Assembly (NCBI GenBank): GCA_965644295.1
Contig: CBFFRP010000327.1
Coordinates: 1-64,000 of the forward strand
Direction: 5' to 3'
Length of the DNA: 64,000 nt
Source: Paraphysomonas bandaiensis
Taxonomy: Eukaryota; Protista; Chrysophyceae
Below, piece after piece: positions 39,220 to 52,423 of the stretch. The position numbers and the translations under genes are program-made. The notes beneath the pieces were generated by a model, which saw only the letters and a list, made by a program, of their open reading frames with translations, was not told the DNA's origin and did not search any database. Each line of letters begins with the position of its first letter. Within the stretch, counting starts at the first letter, position 1.

Positions 39220-39313
39220 GTTTGCACGATAACTACTGATTCCACTGTGATCTAGAGCATGTCCTAAGCATAACAATCCTAAGCAACAGATACCATCCAA
39301 TATAATACACAGG

Positions 39314-39779
39314 CATACATACATACATACATACATACATACATACATACATACATACATACATACATACATACATACATACATACATACATACATACAT
39401 ACATACATACATACATACATACATACATACATACATACATACATACATACATACATACATACATACATACATACATACATACATACATACATACATACAT
39501 ACATACATACATACATACATACATACATACATACATACATACATACATACATACATACATACATACATACATACATACATACATACATACATACATACAT
39601 ACATACATACATACATACATACATACATACATACATACATACATACATACATACATACATACATACATACATACATACATACATACATACATACATACAT
39701 ACATACATACATACATACATACATACATACATACATACATACATACATACATACATACATACATACATACATACATACA
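39314..39779. repeat. Perfect (ATAC)n microsatellite, about 116 units
   Basis: Uninterrupted catacatac... tract of about 466 bp. Confidence 0.98.
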
Positions 39780-39806
39780 ACCTCATTGTCCTCATCATAA
39801 TTCATC

Positions 39807-40775
39807 ATGTCAATCGGTATTGCACTAGACATCGACGGCGTTTTACTTAGAGGGAAACACATCATCCCTCAAGCACGTGACGCTGTCCAGTATCTTCTCT
39901 CCTCATCCCGTATCCAGACTCTGTTTGTTACTAATGGGGGGGGTGTTACAGAGGATCGTAAAGCAGACGACTTATCGAACAAGTTAAACATACATATTAA
40001 ACCAAATCAAATTGTTTTATCTCATACACCATTTCGATCTCTTGTACAAAACTATAGAGATAGTAGTGTATTAGTGGTAGGAGGCGACTCATGTGTAGAT
40101 GTGGCTAAGCACTATGGTTTCAACAAGATTGTTACATCTGCACATATACATGCATACAATTCTGATATATATCCAGCTAAGAGTATTGGACGACATAATG
40201 GTTCTATTTCTGCAAGCAATGATCATGAGTTGATTGAAGCAGCATTTGTATTTGCTGACTCATGCGATTGGGGATTAGATATACAAGTTATGACTGATTT
40301 GTTATTGAGATATGAAGATTACAATGACAAAGCTGGAAAGCGCTTTTTGATATATGCATGCAATGCAGACTTAGTGTACAATGACACCCATCCTTCACCA
40401 CGCTACACGCAGGGAGCATTTATCACTGCCTTTCAAGCGCTACACCATCGCTACAGCAAGAAGAATGCAAATATCAAATTCTACGGGAAGCCATTTAAAA
40501 CACAATATGAATATGTCGAAGAAATTTTCAGAAAAAATGCACTGGATTCTGGCCTTCAAATTCCCACGAAATTTTACGGTGTGGGAGACAATCCGGCGTC
40601 TGATGTCCGTGGTGCTAATAATGCAGGAGAACATTGGACATCTGTGCTAGTTAGAACTGGGCTTTTCAGTGGAAGTGATAATGACGAGAGAGATCCCGCA
40701 GATTTTGTTGAGCACAATGTTCTTGAAGCCGTGTATAGAATTTTAGACTTGGAAGAAATTCCAAAACCTCACTAA
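39807..40775 (+). CDS. HAD-superfamily IIA hydrolase, CECR5/HDHD5-like
   Basis: Motifs DIDGVL, VTNGGG, SHTPF, YGKP, VGDNPASDVRGA, LVRTG. Single exon. Confidence 0.92.
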   Translation: MSIGIALDIDGVLLRGKHIIPQARDAVQYLLSSSRIQTLFVTNGGGVTEDRKADDLSNKLNIHIKPNQIVLSHTPFRSLVQNYRDSSVLVVGGDSCVDVAKHYGFNKIVTSAHIHAYNSDIYPAKSIGRHNGSISASNDHELIEAAFVFADSCDWGLDIQVMTDLLLRYEDYNDKAGKRFLIYACNADLVYNDTHPSPRYTQGAFITAFQALHHRYSKKNANIKFYGKPFKTQYEYVEEIFRKNALDSGLQIPTKFYGVGDNPASDVRGANNAGEHWTSVLVRTGLFSGSDNDERDPADFVEHNVLEAVYRILDLEEIPKPH

Positions 40776-40968
40776 AGGGGTTTTAGTTATTACCAAAGGG
40801 GTATACTTTTTTGGTTCTGGTATTTTTAAGAAAATCATAAGAAAATAAAGTTATAGATTTATAACATTTACCGAAATACACTTAGAAATACCCCTTAGAA
40901 GAGCGAACAACAATATATAACATGTATATGTAAAGCCAAATGAAGAACTCTCTCTACTATGTGTACTC

Positions 40969-41840
40969 CAGGGCTAGGAAACAATATATTGCAATACTAT
41001 TGATAGATAGCGTTCCAACAATACTATTAAGTCGATGAGATGACATCCAACTAGGGCCACACCTATACATTATTGAAAAGTTATAACAGACGACGATTTT
41101 ACTCAAACAAAGGTATTACCGGAATCGTTTGCCAGCTTTCTGTTTGTAGCGCAGTTGTCCCCAATGCAAAACTCAACAATAATGCAAACATTATCAGCAT
41201 TAATCACTCTACCCACTCTCAAAAATGTTTTAGCTTTGCCCGAAGGTTGGAAAACAAAAGCATCCATGGGACCATTGGTGCAGACAACCCGTAAATACTT
41301 CTTCATGGAATCTTCCCACTCACCATCATACATGTGACGATGTGTGGTTCTTCAAGTTGTTGTAGCCATTCGATATCTTCTGCACTCGTATGCGCTCACA
41401 GACTTTGTATTCGTGCTTGTTTGGCTCACCTTCAACCGAACTCCAAAAATAGCCGTAAATATCTCTACTTTTGTATGCATTCATCGCTCAGATGTCTCTT
41501 CTTATCACTATAGGATATATATACTCTATTAAGAGAAGTACTGTGCATACATGTGGAGAGGTGTAGAGTACTGTTTGAGCTGGCGATACATAAAAAATAG
41601 AAAATAACATAAAAAATAGGCTTTTTTCTTATTTTCCGGATATTTATATACATGGACTTGTATTTTTTACCCTACAGTTAAGGATCTTCTCTCATATGAC
41701 TATGATAATATTGATTGCAATATATTGCAATATATTGTGAGCCACTTTAACAGAAACAATATTGATGGAAATTTTGGCCGGTCGAACAATCAATATATTG
41801 TACAATGTATTGCAATTCAATATATTGTTTCCTAGCCCTG
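40969..41840 (-). mobile_element. Internally deleted hAT DNA transposon, 872 bp
   Basis: 23-bp TIR cagggctaggaaacaatatattg, 8-bp TSD gtgtactc (40961-40968, 41841-41848), subterminal aatatattg repeats. Confidence 0.93.
41103..41484 (-). pseudogene. Frameshifted N-terminal remnant of a hAT transposase (degenerate BED-finger-like region)
   Basis: MNAYKSRDIYGYFW...KVCERIRVQKISNGYNNLKNH, then after a frameshift EWEDSMKKYL...GPMDAFVFQPSGKAK. Lies inside the TIRs. Confidence 0.6.
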
Positions 41841-42026
41841 GTGTACTCCTATATTCGTCAAGTATTTGTCATAATTCGAAATAGCTTAAAATTCTATTTT
41901 GAATAACTAATCAACCATCGAAACTCAACAGTCTCTCTCATTTGAACGCTGTAGATGGAATTCTCACATCACGAGAAGTAACTAACGATTACACAATTTC
42001 CACAAATCTAACTGGATAAACTGGTG

Positions 42027-42439
42027 TAGTGGATGTCTTAATATTAGCAATAGGCATGTAAGAGTCAGAACTAATGTAGCCAAAACAATTTAACTAACTA
42101 GTGCTGAACTCAAATATATCTTACTATTTAGCCCTACGAAAGCTGCTTGTGCGTCACCACAAGCACCATTAACTTTCGCTCTATTGCTCAAAGCAAACGC
42201 AGTGCGTAGAATCTGTAGTCTCGGAGCGTCGCTGACTGAAGTGTATAAGTTGAACGTATATAGAGCTGGCGGAGTTGTCTACGTTAGGGCTCGTGTGTGT
42301 TGGGGCGTGAAAGTGTTAGAAGAGTAGGTGATGTGGTCTGAGGTGGGGGAACTTATGGGTTGTGTGGTGACCGTTGGAGGTCGAATTATGGAGGGAGCTG
42401 TTGACCTCGGGCGGGGATGGGTACAGGGCACAGACCGTC
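42027..42439 (-). mobile_element. Retroposon 3'-end family, copy 3, with a C-rich 5' extension
   Basis: 42027-42200 aligns with 4667-4990 minus the MITE. Candidate 9-bp TSD aaactggtg (42018-42026, 42440-42448). Confidence 0.72.
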
Positions 42440-42448
42440 AAACTGGTG

Positions 42449-43280
42449 GACCCATGCTGAGTGATGCTGTCGATTTATGTTATCAACAAGGTCTCCATTA
42501 GTACACACGTCGGCGAGACTGTCACTATGCAGCCCAAACCGGGAGAGACCCACTCCAGTGCCAACGAAAAGTGCTTATGCGATTACCACACGAACTACAC
42601 CCCCTTAGATTGCATAACACTCCTCAGAATTACACCCCACTCTCTGACTGGAGAAACCGCAAATGTATGGGACAAATCATACGCAATCGGGAGGACCCGC
42701 GCTAAAGGCAAATCAGGAACTGATGGCATCACGGCAGGCCAATGCACGGACTGTTCCCACCCCGCAGATACCATCGCGCATATTTGCTACACAGTCCCCA
42801 TCCAGACATCATTCATCTGCGCAAAAATTCATTCCTCGATAAAATCAGGAAAACACGGACGTCGCCACCATGGCTACATCCAGCTCTTGCCAAACTTTCT
42901 AAAGCCGCCTGGAATACTCGAACATCTCAAGGAGAGAGATACTGGACCGCTCACATCTCTTCATCACAACTGGCTGACGCTTGCGGGCACACTATATCTC
43001 CACTACACTATATGAGCAACAATTCTACTTCGTCTTCTAAAAACCCTTCTGCCCTGCTGCCGTCACTCAACAAAAACACTCTCAACTACGTTCCAAGTTA
43101 CCACGTCATCGCCAATTGCTACTTGTCGTCACACGAGCGCCTCAGGCGACAACACGCTCCAGTCAATGGATCTTCGAGAGCATCTAAATTCCACCCTCTC
43201 TCTATCGCAATGAACTCCAGGCACGGGGCAACTCGATGCCCTCCCCAAGGGCAGGCACACCCGACTAAGCATAGAACATA
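42449..43280 (+). pseudogene. Degenerate non-LTR retrotransposon ORF2 C-terminal fragment
   Basis: Frameshifted ORFs containing VWDKSY..GRTRAK and the knuckle-like CTDCSHPADTIAHI. Strong C/A skew. Confidence 0.55.
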
Positions 43281-43299
43281 GTGTGCGGATGTCATCATG

Positions 43300-43500
43300 G
43301 TACTTGCAACTATGCACAAGCAGTCTTGGCACCAGTGGTAGTGGGAATATGAATGATATTCAATCAAACGATAGATAGACCACATTGTTGAGACATACCT
43401 TGCTATAATTGTAATATCCTTAGCTATGACTAGCACACAGTTTGTCATAGACGATCGCAACATATCGAAATCAAATACCAGTGGGTGAGAGAATGCGTAG
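43300..43500 (+). pseudogene. Relic of a copia RNase H domain
   Basis: 43443-43499 reads CHRRSQHIEIKYQWVRECV, matching HHRRTKHIAIRYHFIREQV in the intact element. Confidence 0.7.
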
Positions 43501-43903
43501 ATTTGTGGTGGTCGCGTATCCGTCAGTTATGTCTCCTAACCCTATCTACAGTTTTGAATTGCTTTACTGCCTAATTATTGTACCCAATAATCTCATAGCA
43601 ATAATACTCAGGTTTCTATAGAAATATATATACTTCATGAGAGTTAACATGCCATCAACTTCAGATTAGCTGTCAGATACAAGTTACCAATATAAGAGAA
43701 ATCAAAAGCCTTCTCTCGACCTTACATTTACAGCACACTGCAACACACCACCTCGCATATTACTATTTATTAACCCTAATCCGGAGATATAACTATATCT
43801 ACTTTGGTGGCATGTTTACTGTAAAACATTAGCTCCCTTACTAGCACTCACATTGTGACTGAACACAGACATTCTTCAACCAAACCAATTTTTTCCTTTC
43901 ACT

Positions 43904-46900
43904 CTATTCTGATCTCTCCAACTGTAGAGTAACCACAGCCCCTTCTAACCCGCGAATCGTCTTGATAACTTCAGCAAACGTGGAACAAGACTTTCCATTA
44001 ACTCCAACAATGATGTCCCCTGGTTTGATGGGCGGATTACATTGTGCTGCTGGATTCACGACACCCGCGGGCATTTCTTTAAATCGCTGAATATGTGCCC
44101 GTCCGTCTGCTGATTTCGTGAGGTCGAGCCCTATTCCGTGCTGACCTTTCGTAACGGATGTGGTCACGATTTGAGGCCCTGAAACAGCCGGCTTGGTTGT
44201 ACTCGAACTCCTCTGTCGGTGCGTGGCAGCAGGTATTGCTTCTTGTTTGGCTTGAGCGGGGAGATGGGAAGTGTATGAGTTAGACCGCTGCTGCTTCGCA
44301 GTATTTGAGACCGGTTTTGGTTCAGAGGGCACAGGAGGTGTAGTGGTTTGAGATAAAGGCGTGTCAGAGTAGTTAGACGAAAAATTGGTTCCAGTGGACG
44401 TAAAGGCCGCTGGTAGGCCTTCTGAACCACTTGCTGATCCATCTGTAATGAGGGCCATAAATACCTTGTCATGGGAGTCTTCAATCAAGAAGTGATCAGT
44501 CTTCTCATGATCCTAAATACGAAACATTAAAAACTGATAATTCAAATTGGCTAACCTTACTGTGATAAATAAATCATGACTTTGGTGTTTGTACTCTTGC
44601 CAGGAACTATGGGCATCCAGCATAGCCTGGAGAACAGGTGCATCTGGTGAATCCACAAGAATCATTGCTTTCAATACATCAACTGCATGTACTCTTAGAG
44701 CAGATGCATTTCTCACGTGGGCGAGCTGATCCTTCGTAGCGCCGACAACATTATCTAGTAGGAACATGGGCAACTTCGCCCGCATCGCCATGCCTACAAA
44801 TTCAGGCAAACACTGCGCTGCCATGCACTGGAATATTTTCTTGAGAAGTTCAACTATGACAGTAGCTTCTTTAGGAAGCTCGACTTTGCTTGGGTCTCCG
44901 GAAATATTCAATGAACGGACGAGGACGCGCATCGGATCCACAGGGGCACCAGCAATGCTATCCACCGCAGCGGCACGATCGGCCAGCTCGTGAAGAAGCC
45001 GAACCACACTTACAACAGGCACGCCCACCCGTCCTTTGTCTACTGCACGTTGAAGTAGCTCAAACAGCTTATGTGTAAATCCCCACGACAACAGATGGTC
45101 AACGACAGAGCCCTCCCCTTTTATCACACACACAACGCAGGAAGTCAGAAGTGACAGAAAATCCTCCTTGCCCAGCACAAGGGCCTGGCAAGTATCATCA
45201 GCATGCGCTACAGAAGTGGAAACATCACCCGGAGGTACTTGAGCATCAAAAGAGCTCTCCCAGAATGCCACAAGCTTCTCGAGGAAGAATATAGGGTTTG
45301 TAAGGCGGAATGTGGGTTGTTTGAGGTAGAGGCGGATGTAGACACCTCCTATATATATCTCGTTCTTTAACTGTCTGTAAGGCACTGTGTAGTCAGGACC
45401 AACTTCGATGCCCTTGCTAAAATCTTGCTCTTGTTCCGTACTACCAGATTCAGAGCTCGGCACCAACGTGCGGCTGAATAATGAGGTCAAAGCGCTTCGT
45501 ATCTCTCCCTGCATCTCTGCCGTCCAAATGAGTTCAGGATTTTCGCACACATCATCCAACAGCTGCAGCGACATGTTGCTGGCTTTGGATCGCATGAGCA
45601 GCACAACAGGCTCCGGTAAAAACCTATACACCACAAAAACTCCATGTCAAACAAATACTTCAGAAGCACATAAAATACCCACCTGCGCAGATAATTGGAT
45701 GCCTCTGTACCCTTTACAGGGTTCCACAGAAATTTAGAAAGAAAGGATACGGCGGCAAGACGGTTCTGAAATCCGCCCTGGTGACCGGGCGCATTGAATA
45801 TAATGCCAAGCATATGAGCAATAGAGCCTGCCTGAATCAAACCATCCAAACCATCTGGTACAGATGCCATTCCCTCTGCGCACTTCCATAAGTGCTTGAT
45901 AACAGGGCTACTTCCCTTCACTGCGAGGGTCCTAATAATCTTCCACATACAAGGAGGATCCTTTTTAGCATAAGCTGTCACTACATCCGGCACACCTCCC
46001 ATCACACTCATCAACTGAACGCTCGAGTCAAACACCTCCGAGTCCTCCGGACTGTCCAGAAGTTTCAGCGTAACTTCTAGGCCCTTATCAGCTTTTGCGA
46101 TATCATAGGGGATATAATCGTGAGCCACAGCGAGGAATCGGAGCGCCTCCGCGCACTGCCGCAGGTATTCAGACATTGGGATATTAAATCCAACGGCAGT
46201 TCCAACACTTTCCCATATATATGTGATCAACTCTCGGCAGAACTGAGAGGGGTCATCAATATCGCTCGAGTCTCCGTTCTTGATGTAAATCCGAACATAT
46301 ACCCCTCCTACGCAGAGTTCGTTTCTCAAATTAGAGAAAATGAAATCGTTAGCAGGTGCTAAGTCGTCCTCGTTGGAACCAGGTAGCCTCTCCTGATCCA
46401 CACTGCGCACGAAATCTAAAATTTCTTTACGCATCCCTATATTCCAAATTTTCGTTGGCTTTTCGACGTTCTCGTTTAAAGAACAAAGAAGTTCACGCGG
46501 CCTTCTATTGCGAAGCAGTTTTGCCAGCGGGACAGTCAGCAGCCTCGCCATGGCATTCTTCACCTTGGGATTGTTCGGGGAGGCAAGTTCGTCGAACATA
46601 TATCCTCCTAGTCTGCCTAACGCCTTAGCTGCCAAAACGGCGTGTAGGTTGTATGAGCGTTGACCGTGCTTCTCTCTTTGAGTCTCGTCAGAGATATCGT
46701 CATCTAGTGTTGAGTCAAAAGTGAGCATTAGTGGAATGAGCCTCCATATTACTCCAGCGTGTACGAGAGCTTGCTGGAGATCGCCATCCTCTGCTCCCCG
46801 CGCAATGGCCTCAATGCAGTTCTCAGCCGCAATTGGCAGCTTCTTCTCCAAGGCAATGATAGTGTACATATTTTCGGCCAATATCGGACAGCGCTCAAAC

Positions 46901-49900
46901 ATAGCCGACCGGCCAACATCGAATTGCGCCACCGAGGCGAGTGTCTTCATTCCAAATGTGAGAATAGTCTCTGCCACAGACTTAGAATGTGAAGTGTTGT
47001 ACGCCTCCAACGCATAAACAATCATATCGTGCAGCTTCGGGAGAACTCCAGCCCGAACAAACTCCTTAGCATTCAGGGGAGATACCGACGTGGTGTAGTA
47101 CATTAGCTTCACACCTGCATCAAGCAGAGCAGCGTCCGTCTCCTCTGGAGCATCTTCAGTGGAAGGGATGGGGAGAACCTGGAGCAGCATGGGGTACGCA
47201 GGGTACTTCTGTGATTTGATGGTATCCGGAAATCGTCGGTAGATAATATTCTGAGTACGCATAATTACAACAACGTTTCTCAGATCCGTTTCATTTGACT
47301 TTATTTCAATTGAAGTAAGCAGTTCGTATGCTGCTTGGATTTTCTCAAACATCTCCCTTCCATTTGGATTTTTATCCGGATGATATTTACGAGCAAGATT
47401 CTTGTAGGCTTTCCTGAGTTCCATGTGGTTGAACTTCCCTTTGAGACCGAACACCTCTAAAGCAGCTCTTTCTCCTGAGTCGGCAATGCCCTTCGAAAGC
47501 TCTTCTCTCCACCTCTCAATTGTCTCTCGAAGAAGCATAAGCGGGTCTCGAATGGGCCAGTTAGGAAACCGAATTTCATCACACAGATTACGCAAGTAGT
47601 ACTCCTGACAGTATAGCTCCCTGTCAAGATCAACGAACTTGATCTTCGGCATGGGAATGTAGTCGTACTGGCACATGGTATATTGCCGCAGACGGGCAGG
47701 GAAGTCGCCAAGATGGTTGTTTATCATCTCCACGACTTGGGTGCGGTGCTCTGGAGACCAGATCACCTCAGGGTTGTCATAGGACCCTGTAAACACATTG
47801 CTAAACATAGTCGGCCCATGTCTATGAAGTATATTGACTAGAGCCGGCGTGACAATTGTGCCAAGCACAGACCGCTGTGGAATCAGCAAATTCCGGGCAA
47901 CTGAAGATGCTGAGTCGTGGTGGCTCTGCAATAAGTGCGACACAGCGAATAGTTCTGCGATTGCTTGAAAGTCATTACCAGCGTATCGGCAGCCAAAATA
48001 GAACGCTCCCGTCAGGTATAACTTGCTGCAAGCGAGTAAATTGTGCTCGACTAGGCTTTTTAAAAGCTTCGCTGCAGTGTGGACAACGTGTCGGTCATTG
48101 CATAGTAACAACTGCGCGAATACACTCATGTGTTCTGGTTGCGACATCAGACGCTTGCTAATAGGGGTAGGATAGAATGGTGCGCCCTGAGTGTTAGCAG
48201 ACTTGTGTAGAGCAGAGAGGTTATAGAGCAGTGTGATAGCTTTGGTTCCAACCTCAGCAGGTGAATATATGGCCTTCCCTGGGGACAATACCTGGATCCG
48301 AAGTTGAAAAAATAAGGAGAGCGGGTTCCACTTTCCCGTGTCCACCTCTGACTCAAAGCTTTCGGAATCCTCAACATCTGCCATGCCGGGTGCGAATAGT
48401 GTGCTTCCATCAATCTCATCATTCTCCACCATAGAAAGCAACTGCGAGACTTTGAATGGCCCACGCTGTACAGAGACAGGGGGGGGAACCCGCCCTTTTG
48501 GCGCTGTGAACCAGGTACGAGGACACGCATCGTCCTCTGGTACCCATATGGAACGTTTTTGCTTTCGAATCTTTTCTTCATCTGACATGTTGCTCTCAGC
48601 GTCATGAGCAACAGCAGCCGCTGACCTACTGTAGCCTTCGCTACCGGCAGGGGCGTCTTCAATCATCAAACTCTTCCCAGTGGCTCGCGCCAGCGCATTC
48701 CCAATCTGATCAGGGTTTAAATGAGACAGAGAGGCATACTTGAGCATAAGATCTATGAACTCTCGGTCCAAAAGCTGCTCCAAATTGTCCTCTTTTTTGG
48801 ACAAGATGACAAGGAAGTCCAGTACGTAGTGATTGAGCTCCATATCCTTGGCTTCTTCCAGCATGCGCACCACGATCATAGTATCATCAAAAGTCCCAAC
48901 GATATCACTACATACATCATAAAGCTTGCACAAGCATCTGACACAAAGGGTGGCAAGACGCGGGTCTCTTTCCACATTTCCCAACACTCGTCTCACAAGT
49001 TTCTCAAAGAGAATGCCGTGGGAAGGGTTCTCCAGAGTGCGAATGAATGAGTCGCCAGCCTCCAAGAAGTGATGAATATATATGGGTCCCACCTGCAACA
49101 TATACTTCAGCGATTCGAACTTTACATAAAACTGCTGATAGTTCCAAGCGATCTTCTTGTGTCCACGTAGCCTCTGTTCTCGCTCGAATTCTGATATTTC
49201 ACCCTCCAGGGTGCTACGCAGCTCGAGACGTGTCTGCTCATTCCAAACCAAGTCTGGCAGCTGATGGTCCTGTGTCATGACATGGAACATGATCCTAAAA
49301 TTCTCAGGGGTTGGAGGTGGTTGTGGTGGGTCATTCGACTCTGTACTATTTTTAGATACGGCTGCTCCCTTGAGTGCCTTGGAGATACGGGTGCGCATAC
49401 GGGTTTGCAGATCTCCTCCTGGAACCTCCTGTCGCACAGGTCGCCCCGCCTCCCGATCGGCATTGGCGTTTCCCCCATGAAGTGACCCAGCATAAGTCGC
49501 ATAGAAATCATCCTCCATGATGTCCAGGTTCTCCCTATGCTCCGCGGAGATAGGAGGTAGTTTGAGGTACTCCAACAATCCACTAGGGAGGAGCCGCTTT
49601 AAGAGTTTTTTTCCCGGAGTAGTATCTGTACCACTCATCCATGTCGCGCAAAGAAACCGAGAAATAAATCGCTGACTAGCAGAGGGAGAGAATACCCCAT
49701 TATAAAAGTGCTTCAGAACAAGACAGTCAGATAGTGCAGCTTCCTGGAGAAGAGGGCCGATTTCGGGTCTATTCTTGATGAGTACATGCATTAGGATCGC
49801 TGCGTTCTCCATAATCAGAAATGAAGTAGAGCGGAGCATGTGAATGAGTATCTCGTACCGCTCCGCAAGCAGATCCAATACTTTGTTTAGCATCTCTGGA

Positions 49901-51913
49901 GAGCTCGTGTCGCGCCGGCTGCACACGATACTCTCCAACAACTCTGCAGACCCCACAATCACGAGGGAATTCGGGAAAAAATCCGTTACTGTCTTCTCCT
50001 TCTCTTTCTCCTCGGCATCCCGATCAACTGTCTCCGGCTCCTGTTCAACAGGTTTGGGTGTGTTTTCCCACGGAGTCCTGGGTTGCTTGGTTTCAACTTC
50101 AGAGGTAGAATTTGTTGTGGTTGTTGGTTTAGTGACAACTTTCTTCTTTTCTGGAGGGCGTTCAGTGTTCTCAACCTCGTTAACTGAACTATCCTCCTCA
50201 GCTTCCTCTGATACGTTTTCATTCATATCATTTCCCTCTCCATTCTCATTGTCCTCCTCCTCCTCCATCAAGAGTGGTTCTTCAATACGAACCCCCATAA
50301 GGTCCAGGAGTCCTTTCATGAGGGCATCCGTGAGTAGTGTGTGTTTATTCACATACTCCTGCTGCACATTCCGACTCTCCAACGGACAGCTGCATACGAA
50401 GCGCAGAACCTGAATCGCCCAGTAATTAATAAAGTCCACGTCGCACTTGATCAGCGCAACTAGAATATGCCTAGGATCTAGTTCCTTCATTTCTACTAAA
50501 GTCTTATATCCGGTTGCAGAAGGGAGCATACGGTACACTGTCTGTAGCATCACCCCCATGCCACGTGGGTCGTTCACAATGAACTTACTCCCTGAAGTAG
50601 ATATGTGGGAGTGAATGCATCGCAAGACACCTGTTAGACATGTCTTGACTAGATCTTTATCAGAGCCCACTGCAATACCAGGGAACGGAACATTTGCATT
50701 TAGCTCCCGGCATATCTGAATTATTTCCGCATTTTCCGGAGGCATCTTTTTGCAGGCCTTACTCAATTGGCGAAGGAACCATACTTCGATTGAGAAAGGT
50801 CCAAATATAGAGTCTAAAATGCGGGACTCGTACTGCTCCTCTGCAAAGCGTGGGATCAAGCGAAGACTGTCCGATAGCTCACCCGTAATGATTACCTTGA
50901 CGTTACCAGCAGCGTGAGTGACGTCTTGCAGAAGTGCCAACACAGTGTCGCGAACAGAGCAGTGGTACACCCTGGACGTTCCATCGATGTATTCTATAGT
51001 AAACATCCTAGGATCACTCCAGCTCCTAACTACCGCATATACCCACTCCAGCTTCTGGAAAGAGACGTACTGGAACCCTGATACATCCTTCTCTACTATA
51101 TACAGCTCGGTGATGTGCAGCTGGCGGGGTATCAAACGGCTACTGCGAGAAGTCTTTTTGTTGACATTAAACACGGACACCGCAGCCCCAGTATTAGCAT
51201 ATGTAGCAGCACGTTTGCGTACCACTTCAATTAATGATTGGCCCGGAATCAGCTTCACTTTGGATATGCCAATCTGGTTAAGCTGAGTGGTACAACCACT
51301 GAGAAACATACTTAAGTCCGCCACGTAGAAAATCTTTATGCGACCAGAATACTCGAAGAAAACAGCCTGATCTTTTTCATCGCTTCCAATTTTTTTAAAG
51401 TTGACCCATCGGTATTCTTGAAGGATGTTACCATTTTCACTTAATTCAACGATTCCGAATGATGCCACAGCCAATTTACACTCGGTGCGCATATTATTCT
51501 TTCGAAGTCTTTGTGCTCTGAATGGACCAAAACTCTTAAACCTTCCAGTACACTTAGTACAACATTCAAAGAATTGGCACAGTAGCTGATCCCTATGGTC
51601 ACTTTTAAAAGTAAATTTCCCCAGCTTATCCACCTCAAAGTTGAACTGATCAGTTGTCTTCTCATCTGGTCCGAGTTTAAGGAGAGCATTATAAGGAAAT
51701 GTATTTGTTACTGCAAATGTTGATGGATCGCGTGTAAGAGCAGCTGTTTTAGTTAATTGGAATATCCTATAACACAGAGAGTTTATATAAGAACAGCAGA
51801 TATATATATATATATAATCACCTCTGATAATTCTGCCATAGAGCTCTAACTCGAACAGTTTGATATTGAGCAATGACCCCTTCAGGAGATTCCACTACAG
51901 ATTCTTTATCCAT
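43904..51913 (-). CDS. DNAJC13: RME-8/DNAJC13 with GYF-like region, J domain, IWN repeats and C-terminal PDZ domain
   Basis: Start MDKESVV...NYQR/IFQL. Repeats LVWN, VIWS, KIWN, LIWT. J domain KYHPDKNP. End EYKHQSHDLFIT spliced in frame to the PDZ-containing exon. Confidence 0.92.
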
Positions 51914-52423
51914 TACACGTATATGCTCCTACACTTTCATGTTATTTAATAATACATGATGGAAGTGGTGAGATGGTGATATTATTATATCAACAAGTGT
52001 TGGGATCCTCCTACAGGTGTATGTATGTATATACCATATACCTATATAGACACTGTCTGTGCTGCGGTAGATACACAGCATATACCTATACGCGGTATAC
52101 ACACAACACAAGTGTGGGGTACTGTATCGCCGATATATCACAAAATACATCTGTAGGAGTATGGTATACAGCAGTGGAGTACCGCACCACATCCGTGAAA
52201 GTGCAGATATCATTGGGAATACCGTGGAATACTGCACTACCGGAATACGTCTGTAAAGCACCGTTTATGTGTAACGTAACGTGTATACACTACTATGAAT
52301 TACTATTTGCAGAGTGACTAACATTCTTTGTTGATACAATTGTTTACTGTTCAGTCTTGTGCTGTGTATTGTGACTGTGTGTGATATTGAGCTAGATAGG
52401 TATATTATATATCAATAATCAAA

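Noticed and set aside
39233-39865. ORFs of (MYVC)n and a repeat-containing N-terminal extension of DHCR24
   Set aside because: These are translation artefacts of the stop-free (GTAT)n microsatellite in all three frames.
40796-40896. Possible tiny MITE, aaggggtat...atacccctt
   Set aside because: Only a 9-bp inverted match, with no clear TSD or second copy.
44164-51689. Many short antisense or alternate-frame ORFs inside RME-8 (also in the SCAPER, IQ, copia and CCP genes)
   Set aside because: They are shadow ORFs of long coding exons with no recognisable motifs.
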